Shown in pieces: positions 1-10,834 of a stretch of DNA of 64,000 nt. Position numbers and translations under genes: made by a program. Position 1 is the first letter of the stretch. Every line of letters begins with the position of its first letter. Origin of the DNA: Diplonema japonicum (lineage: Eukaryota; Protista; Euglenozoa: Diplonemea); contig OZ025746.1 of NCBI GenBank assembly GCA_964019335.1, positions 248,001 through 312,000 on the forward strand, given 5' to 3'. Under the pieces are notes generated by a model. It was not told where the DNA came from, made no database searches, and saw only the letters and a program-made list of their open reading frames with translations.

Positions 1-71
1 CTAAGCTCGCAGTAGAAGACACCGTCAGCGACGAACTTCCTCTTCCTCGACAGGTTGCCAAGCAATGCCAT
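1..71 (-). CDS. RPS3: 40S ribosomal protein S3 (uS3), 5' end only; runs off the window
   Basis: Minus-strand translation from ATG at 71 gives MALLGNLSRKRKFVADGVFYCEL, the conserved eukaryotic uS3 N-terminus (SKKRKFVADGVF). Confidence 0.93.
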   Translation of the reverse strand, partial: MALLGNLSRKRKFVADGVFYCEL

Positions 72-147
72 CTTGTTTAAGTGTTTAATAAACTAAACTG
101 TGTGCTGGGTATGGTATGTGGTGTGTGTGTGAGTGTGTGGTGGGTGA

Positions 148-251
148 TCAGATGGTGGTGCATGTAAAATTATTCTGTCACGCAAAAAAAAGGGGGAGAC
201 CCCTTTTCCTTGTAAGATTGGAGTGATTTGTGTGTGTTTTGGTGTCATCAT
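148..251 (-). ncRNA. Box C/D snoRNA copy 1 (snR55/SNORD33-like, double guide for SSU rRNA)
   Basis: Minus strand has box C ATGATGA, guide ACAAATCACTCCA before a putative D' (CTTA), an internal hairpin, then guide CATGCACCACCAT directly before box D CTGA. Both guides are antisense to conserved SSU rRNA motifs. Confidence 0.85.
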
Positions 252-328
252 TTCTTTTTTTTCTTTTCTTCTCCCCCGTGCATGAACATGCATAAAGTTA
301 CCCCCCCAGACGTGGTTGAAAGGGAACA

Positions 329-432
329 TCAGATGGTGGTGCATGTAAAGTTATTCTGTCACTCAAAAGGGGAGGAAAACCCCCTCCTTTTGTAAGACTG
401 GAGTGATTTGTGTGTGTTTTTGGTGTCATCAT
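329..432 (-). ncRNA. Box C/D snoRNA copy 2
   Basis: Same boxes and guides as copy 1; terminal stem GAACA/TGTTC flanks the boxes. Confidence 0.88.
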
Positions 433-463
433 TTAATGATGTTCGGGAGGCAAAAAAAGGACA

Positions 464-557
464 TCAGATGGTGGTGCATGTAAAGTTATTCTGTCACTCA
501 AAGAGAGAGACTCTCTTTGTAAGACTGGAGTGATTTGTGTTGTTTTGGTGTCATCAT
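464..557 (-). ncRNA. Box C/D snoRNA copy 3
   Basis: Same boxes and guides; shorter internal hairpin (CAAAGAGAG..CTCTCTTTG). Confidence 0.88.
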
Positions 558-594
558 TTTGATGATGTTCAAGATGGAGCTCAACGAAAGGACA

Positions 595-697
595 TCAGAT
601 GGTGGTGCATGTAAAATTATTCTGTCACTCAAAAGGGGAGGAAAACCCCCTCCTTTTGTAAGATTGGAGTGATTTGTGTGTGTTTTGGTGTCATCAC
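595..697 (-). ncRNA. Box C/D snoRNA copy 4
   Basis: Box C variant GTGATGA, same guides, box D CTGA. Confidence 0.87.
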
Positions 698-808
698 TTG
701 AATGTGACCAGGGAGCCGGTTGGAAGGCTAAAAAAAAAAAAAAAAAAAAAAAAACAAACAAACAAAGGAGGTGCGCTGGTTGGCACCCTGCGTGCTCGAA
801 GGGGAACA

Positions 809-903
809 TCAGATGGTGGTGCATGTAAAATTATTCTGTCACTCAAAGAGAGAGACCCCCTTTGTAAGATTGGAGTGATTTGTGTGTGTTTTGGTGTCAT
901 CAT
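809..903 (-). ncRNA. Box C/D snoRNA copy 5
   Basis: Same boxes and guides; terminal stem GAACA/TGTTC. Confidence 0.88.
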
Positions 904-962
904 TTTAATGATGTTCAAGCTGGAGCTCAGCCCCGTTTAGGATGAAACGAAACGAAAGGACA

Positions 963-1065
963 TCAGATGGTGGTGCATGTAAAGTTATTCTGTCACTCAA
1001 AAGGGGAGGAAAACCCCCTCCTTTTGTAAGATTGGAGTGATTTGTGTGTGTTTTGGTGTCATCAT
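963..1065 (-). ncRNA. Box C/D snoRNA copy 6
   Basis: Same boxes and guides. Confidence 0.87.
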
Positions 1066-1449
1066 TTAGATGGTGTGACAGCGGTAGGGGGGATGCAATG
1101 TGAATAAATATTGGACAACGAGGATAAGAAAAGCAGAATAATAATAATGAAACACCACCCCCATCCAGCAAAAGAAGGGCGGGTAAGGTAATGTAAGATG
1201 GTGGAGGTGGGGAAAAGTGCGTGGGGTGCGACTGTGAGCGAAACAGGCAACAAATAATATAAAAAAAAATAGCCTGCACCCACTACTTTAATCCCCCCTC
1301 CCGCCCTCCCTTGCTCATCTCCATTCAGCTGCCTCCTTCTACTCGTGAGATCTCAAAGAAAAAAAAAAGAAAATCGCTCGGAAAGGAGGTACTGCTGAAC
1401 CCCATGGAAGAAACAAAAAAAAAAAGAAGAAAAAAAAAAAAACATCGCT

Positions 1450-4400
1450 CTACCACCCACTGAACAGCCCCCCTGACTTCTTGACGTCTTCGCCGTTGGT
1501 ATTCTGCATTTTTTTATTTTCTTTGCATTTTTTTCCCCCCCTCCTTCCACACCTTTCCATCGTCCGCATCGGTCCCACCCAACATCTTGTCAACATCCAA
1601 GGAAAAAACGTGCCCTGCCGATGTGCACGCAATAAGCCCTACCCCCGCAGCGTGCAAACCCGTGTTGAGCTGCAGTGAAAAACACGGCACAGGGCGCGAC
1701 ACGTTCATCGAGTGGAGATACGTGCGCTGGCCTCCTTTTGGAAACACCTCGGAGAACGTCAAAAATCCCGATTTGAGATGAGCGTCCCCCCCTGAGGTAA
1801 CCACGAGGGGGAGTGGGTAGGGCGTGTACCCCATATCAGTGACGTGTTGGCTCAAGGGGACATCGAAGCTGGTGACCAACCTTCCGTTTAAGGTGAACAC
1901 GAGAATCGCTTGCGGGACTTGAACAGGCTTTTCAGCGTCCAAAAAATCAGTATTGCGACAGTCGGTGACCTCGGGGTGCCGATCGCATAAAACGACAATA
2001 ACAGGGGACCACCCTTGGTCCTCGAGAACAATCTTTCGAACATTTGCGATGTTGTGGTCGTTTTGTAGGGATATTCCTCGTAAAAGCTGGCCTTTCCGTA
2101 AACCGTAAACGAGAAGCTCGCCTTCCGCCGCTGTGACAACGGTGTCGAGGATCGCAGACCCGCACAATGCTGAAATGGGACCCGCATGCCCGCGCAATAT
2201 ATGGGTTGTCTTTTTGTCGATAAGGACCTCCACGAGACCGGTACTTGTTCCAATGACTAAATACCTCTCGGTGCAGTGGATCGCAGTCGGACAACCTGCG
2301 TCCATGTATAATCCGTTAAACGGCGTTATATAGTCCGCAACAACATTGGGTTTTTTAGCCGAGCAAATGTGGACGTTTGATCCCCAATGGCCTACCGTGT
2401 ATATAAGGTTCATTGTGGTACTTGTTGTAATCCTCGAGGGGGTGATGAACGTGTCTGCCATTGGATCAAAGCATGTGTCACCGGTAGAGGCAGTGGACCC
2501 GCTTGTCTGCCACGGGCTCCATGGGTGTGTTCCCGATGGTGCCGGTCCGTTCGGTTTGATCTCTTTTCCGGAATACGTGAGTTTTAACGTAAGTGGGTCG
2601 TATTTCAGTGCGTGATAACTGTTCGCCGAGCTCAGGCATACAGCTTGATCATTGGTGATGACACACCCTACAAGGCTTGATGTGTTGCATGATACATCGC
2701 ATACTGGTGAGAATTCTTGAAGATCGATTTTATTCGAGATGGGTCTGCATGTTTGTTTTCCTTTGGAAACATGCGGTTTTGATGTGAAAAGTTGCGAGGG
2801 GGTCTGTCCGAATGACAGAATCTGCTTTTGAAGCCCCTCAGCCTCGTCCGGGTCGACCTTATCCCAATCTACAACACCTTCATACGTGAGGTAGTAGAAA
2901 GTGTTGTGCGCTTCGATTGCCTTGTCGCCCTTTTGCTTGTACCCGAATACCAAATCGATCCATTTGTGGAGGTTTGCTGTGACGTGAGGGCTTTCCAATG
3001 CGGAGCGCATGATGTATATGAAATAGTTGGGGTCGTTGTTCGCCCAAGGGGGGAGATCGACATTGTCCATCGGGGTCCCGTTTGAAAGATTCCCGAATGT
3101 GTACTTGTTGTGGTTGACAAGAAACTCAGGTGTTGAGAAAAATTCAGGGACGAGTTCTTTGACATCGGTTGGAGCATCTGTGACGCCCTGCCACGTTGCC
3201 GCCAGCGAGTGGAACATTCTGTCCGGGATATCCCAGTACCCATCTTGAAGTTTCAACGCCTGCGATGCAAACGGTTCCATTCTCACCAAATAATACAGAA
3301 CAGCGCCTCCGTAGCTGTAATGGGAACCGTAGTGAAATTTCGGGATGTCGCCTCCCTCAAACATCTCGAAGCGTTCTACGAAGCCTTTCAACCGTGTCTC
3401 GTTCAAAGCACCAACAGGCTTTCCTAGGTCTCTGTACACATTCTCGTTCGAGAGATCTATTGTTTCAGATGTGTAGTCCTGCAGAACCCATGGGAATATC
3501 GGGTATTGGTTGACGTCGCTGAAGGACCTCCCAGCCATCAGGTTGAGCTCCAAAAGATAGTCGAAATTAGTGAGCCCGCCCTTGGCCCATTTCTCAGTTA
3601 TCTTGAGCTTTTTCATGAGCTCCGAGACGTGGCGGGTGGACAACGGTGGACCGCGTAATATAGTAGTGCCGTACTTACGGGCTCGGAGTGTTCGGACAAC
3701 TGTTTTACGCACAGCGGTCGACTCCAGTTTGAACAGGTATGTCCGGAAAGGAGTTGTGTCGCCTTCCACGAAAAGCTCGAGGGAATTCTGCTGGAGGTAG
3801 TACCGCCTTGGGTACACAGCAACGACGTTGGAAGCATCAATGAGAATATCCTTCCGACGGGAATCTTTCTGTTGCCCGATTTTGTCCTTATCCAGGACAA
3901 ACATGATCTGGGTTGGTGTGACGGTGAGTTCCCCAGGAACCAGCTCAACAGGGGTGATTAACGAAGCCTCGAACCGCTGCACGGCTTGGTTCAAATCGAT
4001 TTGCGAGGCGATGCGTTCGTTCTCGCCCTCCAAGGCGGTGGACTGTGCTCCGATCTCATCCTCGTCCTCTTCATCTTCCATGTATGAACCCCTCGGCAGA
4101 GCCTTCAGATCCTCCAATGATAATCTTGAACCTGGTTGTGAAGCGGTCATTTTCTGTCCTGTTTTCTTGACGTACTCACCAACTCCTGCGTGTTTTCCGA
4201 CAGGTTTCCACCGTTTGGTTCGCACGCGACATGACGGGTCGATTTTCCAGAAAATGCGTTCGGTTTGAGCGGGTTCCTTGGGGTCTTTTTTGGCAGCATC
4301 GTTAGCTTCTATGCACAGGGGGGGTATAATCGCTGCGAAGCGATCTGATTCCCACCACTGCAGTGCGATGCTGTCTTTCACCTTTCGCTCCATGCGTCCC

Positions 4401-7400
4401 CAGTCAGCGTGGAGGGTGACATTCGACGATGCGAGCGAAGTTTCATGTTGGGGAGACGACGACGGTGTTCTTGGAGACGAAAAGGATTTGTTCATCACCG
4501 ACTGGTCCCCGCAAGACGTCACCAGCTTTTTGATCAGCCCGTCTATCTTCGCGGTCCGCTCAGTTTTGTATTCAACAATAACCTCTTCGCAACTCTTCTC
4601 GGCACCTGGATGCGATGGCATCGCGGCATTCAGTTTACTCAAATACTCTTCAGCGTGCAATTTGTAATTTGCGGTTATACTGTCTGTCCATTTTGCAGGG
4701 TCTAGCTCACGCAGACCCCCGGGCTGTGCTTGCAATTTCGACACTGTGATGGGGTTCAGCGCTGTTACAATCTCCACGAATTTCAGAACAACATCACCCA
4801 TCGACCTCCGTTCGTCCAACCCCGGCTGCGAGGTTGCCCCGTTGTCCAACCAACTCCCTGTTTGGGAGATCTTGTGCAGGACGTACGCTACGGGGTTGGT
4901 CCCGTCGTTGCGCTGCTGCACTACGATGGTTAGAAGCTTGACGGAGAGGTCGGACAGCCTCTGCGCTTCCGTGACCTGTGTGTCGAACTTCCCGTGAAGC
5001 TCCTCGAGCTTTCCTGACAAATATTCCGAAAGGCTGGTGTGTGTCGCGGACGTTGCTTTCAATTTGATATTTTGCGAGAGTTTGTGTAGATCAATTCCTT
5101 TTTGCTCAAGAACGCCAGACGGCGTGGCTGCATGGAGCGTGCACACGGCACCGAGTTGATCCGCGGCCATTGCGAGAAGGATCTCGTATATTACAGATCC
5201 CGTCGCAGGTTTTAACGGTTCTTGCAGCCCCGGGGTCAACGGCGGCGGCCGTGCCAAAGTCTGCCCCACATCCAACAACATAACAGACTGTTTGTCAGCA
5301 GTACGACACACAGATAAACATGCTGTCAAACAATTGTCAGCCGCAGCCATGATCTCAGGAGACGTTGAAGATGACACTAAAATATCATGCGTCATGTAGA
5401 CCATCACGGCGAAGGCAGACATCAGGCTTCTCGTTGCGTTGAAGTCGAGCAGGTTCAAATTGCAGAACAGCTTCTCCACGTTGCGATACATAGACGTGAA
5501 GACCTTCAACATGAACACATTTCGATCAACGCCTTCGATAGGCGTCTCCAAGTACCTCCACATGTCTTTTATGAATTCCACTCCGTGCGGGGTTGCAATG
5601 ACGAAAGAACACATCTTTGCAGCCAGGCTTGTCATTGCCATTCCGATAGGCTTCATATGCGATAGAAGTACGGATATAGGGCGGGTTTTCGCGAGGTTCA
5701 CCACTGCGTCCCTGTTCACTGCAAGCCCTTTTTCCAGATCGATCCTGGCGATGCTCTGGAAGTAAGGGTGCATGTTGAGCGAGAAAGCCGCGACAAAAAG
5801 ATTTTCAAGACATTCCGGTGATTTGACAGGGCCCCACTCGACAAACTCCGGAGTAGTTGCCGACGGGTTCACGGACCGCATCGCTGCTTCTTTTAAAGCG
5901 GTGTACACGTGAATTGAATTTTCTTGCGCTTGTAAACACCCTAGAACTTGCATGTCCCTGTTCGGGTTTTCAAGCACGAAAAGTTTCACAGCCAGCATCT
6001 TAACGAGGTCAGAAGGATGCGTCCAAAACTGCAGCGCAACAGGTGTAATCATTGAACACTCCACCACCGCAGGCCTCCCGCCAGAAAGGTCTAAAAACTG
6101 CACTAACAACTGCATGATGTCTTGGAGCTGCCTGTCATTGGCATCTCTCGCTTTGACCACCGATTTCAAAAGTGCGTTTAGATGAACATCCTTCCCACCA
6201 GCTGATGAGATCAACCTCCATATTATGTTGATGATATACCCTCGGATGGACGTGACCTGCGACGGTTGCAGATGGAAATGGGACTTGTGGTAGGTGGATG
6301 AGGTGGAGTAGTAGCTTTGTAAGACATCAATGAGGGTAGTGAGGTCAATAACAGTGTTTTCGAACTCGGTGACGAATGCGGACGGGTTCGCCTCGCATTG
6401 CCTGGCGATGTATCCGGAAACTTGTTCGAGCATGAAGCTCTGTACCTCGAAGTTGGCACGCCTCCATATGTTGAAACCACTGACTCCGATCAACAATTGA
6501 TGGAGGACCTGTACTTTTACAGCGTGTTGTGTTGTGGACAGGTTCAGCAATCCTGTGAGAGTCCGCACGACGTGCAAGGGGAGAAGCTCCGCGGGAAGCG
6601 TCTGCAATGCAAGAGAGATCAACCCGAAACCATTCCATTTCACCATGTCTAAGGCATGGCCCACTTCACACAGTGATGTTATGACATCAACCGTTGTGAT
6701 GACGCAATCCTTTAACAGTGTGATATCGGTGTCGGGGGACAAATGAAGCTGGGAGTATCGTTTCAACAATAGAACGAAGAGCGATGCGCCCCCCGCACGG
6801 CGAAGTGTTCCAGGAGGTGCTTGTAAGTGATGCGATGATGTGTCCTCTGTTCGCTCCGCGTTGCACAATCCCCGTACCTCGTTTGAAAAAGGTGTGTCCA
6901 GTACCAATCTCCGCGTGCAGTTCAACGGTGAAAAGTAACACCACGTTATCTTTTGTATTTCGGCTGCGTTTGTGTTTTTCTTCAACCCGCTCACCATGTC
7001 TTGAGTCAGACTGTCTCGAAGCACTAATATCGATCCCACCAAACCAGAGAAACTGTTTTTCCTGGAACGGTGGGTCAACAGCATTAAAGAAGCCGTTTCT
7101 CCGGACGGGACCGTCGGGTATTTCAGGCCCGCGGAGCCTGCTTCGGTGTGGTTTAGAAATACCGTCACCATGCTGCTCGTTATCATACGGTATTGAAAGG
7201 TAACCGTGAGCGTTGTCCATTCACCGGATTTGATGGTGCAGGGGATTTCTACTATTAATGGTTTGTCGCCTTTTCGCGACATCACTACGATTCCCTTCGG
7301 CCTCGCGAAGCATTCTAAGTACGTGGTGGTGGTAGATGAGAACGAGAACAACCTTGGTTCAGACTTGATCTCGTGGGGGTACAGCGCAGCGTGGAATGTA

Positions 7401-7969
7401 AAACCCTTTTCGGGCCAAGTTTTCGGGACGCACCACAACCCCGAGTTCTGCTTTCCCGAGAACGAGAAAAAATCTGCCACCAACGAAGCGGGGTGGTGCC
7501 GCGTCGCCAGCATGTTCTTCACAATGAGAAGGTACTCCAACAACAACGTGCAACTTTCTGAGAAAAACACCGAGCTCAACAGCCGTCTCACATGTCTGTC
7601 CGAAAACGACAGGTTTGAAATCTCAGACAGCAGTGTCAGCAGCTCTCGCTCTGGATGACGTGTGCCCACCACATCCCAGAGATGACCCACGCCTAGCATG
7701 GCGATGTTCGTTGGGGACTCTTCGGCCAGTTTCAGGAGTAGTGCGATAACGTATTGTGTCTGGTCTTCCCCGCACAGTGGGAGCGCCTGGAGCAAGGTGT
7801 CCCTCATCAAGCTGGATCGAATCTCCCGCTTCTCGCTCTGAGCCGAGACATTCAGCATCTCGTCTATTATGTACTGCACCATGCGTCGGGAAGGCTTCCA
7901 GTCATCCGCCCACAATAACAGGTTCAACAGCTTATTTTGCCCCACCACAGGGCCGCCTCCATTTGTCAT
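1450..7969 (-). CDS. Neurobeachin/LRBA-like BEACH-domain protein (ConA-like, PH, BEACH, WD40); exons 7969-1553 and 1503-1450
   Basis: BEACH motifs TNFDYLLELNLMAGRSFSDVNQYPIFPWVL, HYGSHYS, DVKELVPEFF, WIDLVFGYKQKG and FGQTPSQLF. A predicted 49-nt terminal intron gives the ending ...DDGKNTNGEDVKKSGGLFSGW*; without it the ORF stops at 1514. Confidence 0.93.
1504..1552 (-). other. Predicted 49-nt purine-rich intron
   Basis: GTGTGG...AAAAAATGCAG, phase 0, followed by an open 18-codon last exon. Confidence 0.65.
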
Positions 7970-8095
7970 TTTTTCTCTTTTTTTTTTTGCCCCCCCACCT
8001 CCTCCTCCCTTCTTTTTTTATATAATAAAGTGAACCATGGAGTGTGAAGGGAAAGACAAAAAAGGGGTTTAAAAGAAAAAAAAGGGGGGGTTTCA

Positions 8096-9874
8096 TTAGA
8101 AATCCCTGATGAATACAGCCCACCGTTCGACGGTTTCCTTGGCTTTTTTGGTTCCGGTTTGTTCCTTGAGGGTTTTGTCGGGGAGAAATGAGAATGTTTT
8201 TGCGAGCTTTCGCATCCATTCCACGGTCTCTGTCGAAAATGTGGGGGGAACACCCCGGTGGCGTGCTCCGAGCATTTTCACTGCAAGGGCTTCCAGGAGG
8301 TGCGGAGGGTGCGGGTGGGGTGAATCGAGCAACGATGAGAGAATATTAAAAGCAACCGGGAGGGGAATGGAAGAAGCATTGACGACAATGCTAGGAATTA
8401 ATTCGAGAATGGTTTTGGTCACGGAGCGGTCTGCATCCCGAAGGTGTTGTGATGCCAAATACTCCCCCAGGTCCGCCAACGGCTCGGCTGAGAGACGACC
8501 CGCGTCATAACACCGCAATAGAGGAGGGTGCGCCAAAACAGCTTTCAACGGAACGGAGCACTTTTCAACAGCATTTACAATATGCTGCAAACCCTCCTCC
8601 TCTGAGACTGTTTTGAGCAGCCCGATCAAAACTGAGATGTCATCACACCCTATGTCATCACGCACGGTTACAGCCACGCTTGGGTTGACGGTTTTGACCC
8701 GCAGGAGCAGCGTTGCATTGAAAAACCTCGAACGGTGCTTCAAAATAGTTTTGAAAGGGTTCGGAACAGCGGCCCCGACGGCTCTGCACGTTGCCAACAG
8801 GGAAATCAACTCGTCGTTGCTCAGCTTTGCGGTTACAGGTCGTTTTGACATTACACCTACCACAAGCTTCCTTGTCTCCGCGTAGTCTTGTGCATCGCGT
8901 GCTGCCGTAGCAAGGTAGTTGACGAGAACCGACTTCAAAATACAAGCTTGGTCGAAAGCACGTTGGATCACAGGTGTGCAGACGATGTAAAGCATCGGGC
9001 AGGAAACGGATACAAGGCTGTACGCGATAACAGATGATGCAAAAACATCTGCCTCTTGGTTTGTTAAATTTTGCTTTTCTTTGGCTTGCCTCGCCAACGA
9101 GCCCAGTACGAGCGGCTGCAGCTTTTGCAAGACCGGCAACGCCGAAGCCGGGTACCTCGCTAGCGGTCCTGGGAGCATCAGCACCAAGTCGGGGTGTTTC
9201 CTTTGCAACACAGAGTGGTAGAACTGCGGGTTTTCCCGAACCTGCATCCCGATTCTTTTGGTGAGGCTTTCGACTACCTCGCTCACCTTTGAAAGGTACC
9301 ACATTGCTTGCACTACATCTGGTAGGCTTTGTGTAAATGAAGAGTCGGGTGTTTGTGCCAGGTGTTTCGACAACGTCATCGACACACGATTACTTATCAT
9401 GTTCATTTTCGCAAGGGCCTTGGCAGCAACAAGAATTCTCCCTGGAACTTGAAGCTCGAAGCTATTGAGTCTTGACCATCTCGGGCAGGTTATTACAGAG
9501 ATGGCAGCTTGTGCAAGGTGTTTCCCGTTACCAGGGAGCTCGGCTTTTCTCACCGCTGCCAAATAGCCGAAGATTCGTGAAGCGGTCATTTCCGAGCCCC
9601 ATTCCCGTATCCCCGTGTGAAGATGCTTGTTCGCCAAGCCCCTCGGGGCCTTTTCTCCCAAAACGCCTATTACGTTATAGCTCCTCAGCGCAAGGTCGAA
9701 TTCTGATCTCGTTGGTGGGGGGATGTCCATGATGGCCTTCATGTAGCCGTTCCAGACTGTTTGCTCCCTCTCGTCTCTTGCCGTGTATATGAATTCCTCG
9801 AGATTTTCGACCATCCGCATCCATGGGCCGATGGACGGTGATGAAGACACCCGCCGCTTAAATATTTTTTTCAT
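8096..9874 (-). CDS. Hypothetical helical protein (592 aa)
   Basis: Long ORF with ATG preceded by an A-run like its neighbours; no motif recognised. Confidence 0.8.
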   Translation of the reverse strand: MKKIFKRRVSSSPSIGPWMRMVENLEEFIYTARDEREQTVWNGYMKAIMDIPPPTRSEFDLALRSYNVIGVLGEKAPRGLANKHLHTGIREWGSEMTASRIFGYLAAVRKAELPGNGKHLAQAAISVITCPRWSRLNSFELQVPGRILVAAKALAKMNMISNRVSMTLSKHLAQTPDSSFTQSLPDVVQAMWYLSKVSEVVESLTKRIGMQVRENPQFYHSVLQRKHPDLVLMLPGPLARYPASALPVLQKLQPLVLGSLARQAKEKQNLTNQEADVFASSVIAYSLVSVSCPMLYIVCTPVIQRAFDQACILKSVLVNYLATAARDAQDYAETRKLVVGVMSKRPVTAKLSNDELISLLATCRAVGAAVPNPFKTILKHRSRFFNATLLLRVKTVNPSVAVTVRDDIGCDDISVLIGLLKTVSEEEGLQHIVNAVEKCSVPLKAVLAHPPLLRCYDAGRLSAEPLADLGEYLASQHLRDADRSVTKTILELIPSIVVNASSIPLPVAFNILSSLLDSPHPHPPHLLEALAVKMLGARHRGVPPTFSTETVEWMRKLAKTFSFLPDKTLKEQTGTKKAKETVERWAVFIRDF

Positions 9875-9938
9875 TTTTTTTTTTTTCTGTTCTCTTTTGG
9901 CCTTCGGATTGGCGGCAGTGGGGGGGAAAAAAAAAAAA

Positions 9939-10628
9939 TTAGTAATTCAAAGGAGGGTGTGGCGGCCATATCACTTCCCCATGAAGCGCCAGCTCCACAT
10001 CAGTGCAATACAGCTCTACAAATTCGGACAGCGTGAGGCAGAAATCTTCTCCGATCCCGGTGTACAAAGATTCTATTTCGATAATGGTAGGAAGGATGTC
10101 AGGATGGCTGGATTTGAGCCCGGAGAGTATCTGGAGGACCTGGAGCTTTTCCTTGTGGTGAAGGAGCGAGCCCAGCTCTGTGAGCTTGTAGATGATATCC
10201 ACGATGCTCGTCTTCAGAGCATCACGGTTAGTTGTGGTCTTCTTGGCTCCTTGGACCTGCTGCTCAGCGCTGGTCCATTTACTGAAGGCGCGCTGTTGGA
10301 TATCGTCAGTGTAGGCGGCAACAACAACATGGTGGATTGCGTCATACTCCTCAAGAGTGGCGTTGACACACTTGCAGTAGGTTAGGACGTCCTTCGTGGT
10401 CCCCTCCACAAGGTGGAGAAAATTTTTCGGAGCCTCAACAAGCACACCTGTGATGTTCCCCTGCCCCTCTCCCCCGACCAGCGTTTCGAAAAAACCCTTG
10501 CAACTCTCCCCCGACGTCACCGCCCCTGCCATCACCGCTCTGCTCAAAATCGGGTTCTCCTTCTCTAAATCGACGTTTTGCTTGTTCAGCACAACGTCTA
10601 AAAGACTCATTCGGGGGCGCTGGTCCAT
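9939..10628 (-). CDS. TEX47/C7orf62-like BLUF-fold protein
   Basis: ITGVLV...FLHLVEG...RAFSKW and C-terminal VIWP..PL resemble the ciliary TEX47 (BLUF-like) family. Confidence 0.75.
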   Translation of the reverse strand: MDQRPRMSLLDVVLNKQNVDLEKENPILSRAVMAGAVTSGESCKGFFETLVGGEGQGNITGVLVEAPKNFLHLVEGTTKDVLTYCKCVNATLEEYDAIHHVVVAAYTDDIQQRAFSKWTSAEQQVQGAKKTTTNRDALKTSIVDIIYKLTELGSLLHHKEKLQVLQILSGLKSSHPDILPTIIEIESLYTGIGEDFCLTLSEFVELYCTDVELALHGEVIWPPHPPLNY

Positions 10629-10834
10629 TTTTTTTTCCCCCCTTCTTTTTTTCTTTTTTTTTCTCCTTCTTCTTCCCCCCCCCCCCCCCCTTCCTTTCTT
10701 TTTCTTATATTTTTGTATTTTCTCGCAAAAAAAAAAAATCCATCTTTTTTTTATACAAAGGGGGAAGACGAGGAGGTTTTTTTTTTTTTAGAAAAAAACT
10801 TGTAGTACAAAAAAAAAAAAAGAAAAAAAAAACT

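Noticed and set aside
151-232. SSU rRNA gene fragment on the plus strand
   Set aside because: Only two ~13-nt matches, which are explained as snoRNA guides on the minus strand.
148-1065. CRISPR-like array (repeats with variable spacers)
   Set aside because: Units are about 100 nt with C/D boxes and rRNA-antisense guides, the context is eukaryotic, and there are no cas genes.
93-1283. Short ORFs over the repeat array (MHHHLMF...)
   Set aside because: They are translations of snoRNA repeats and homopolymers.
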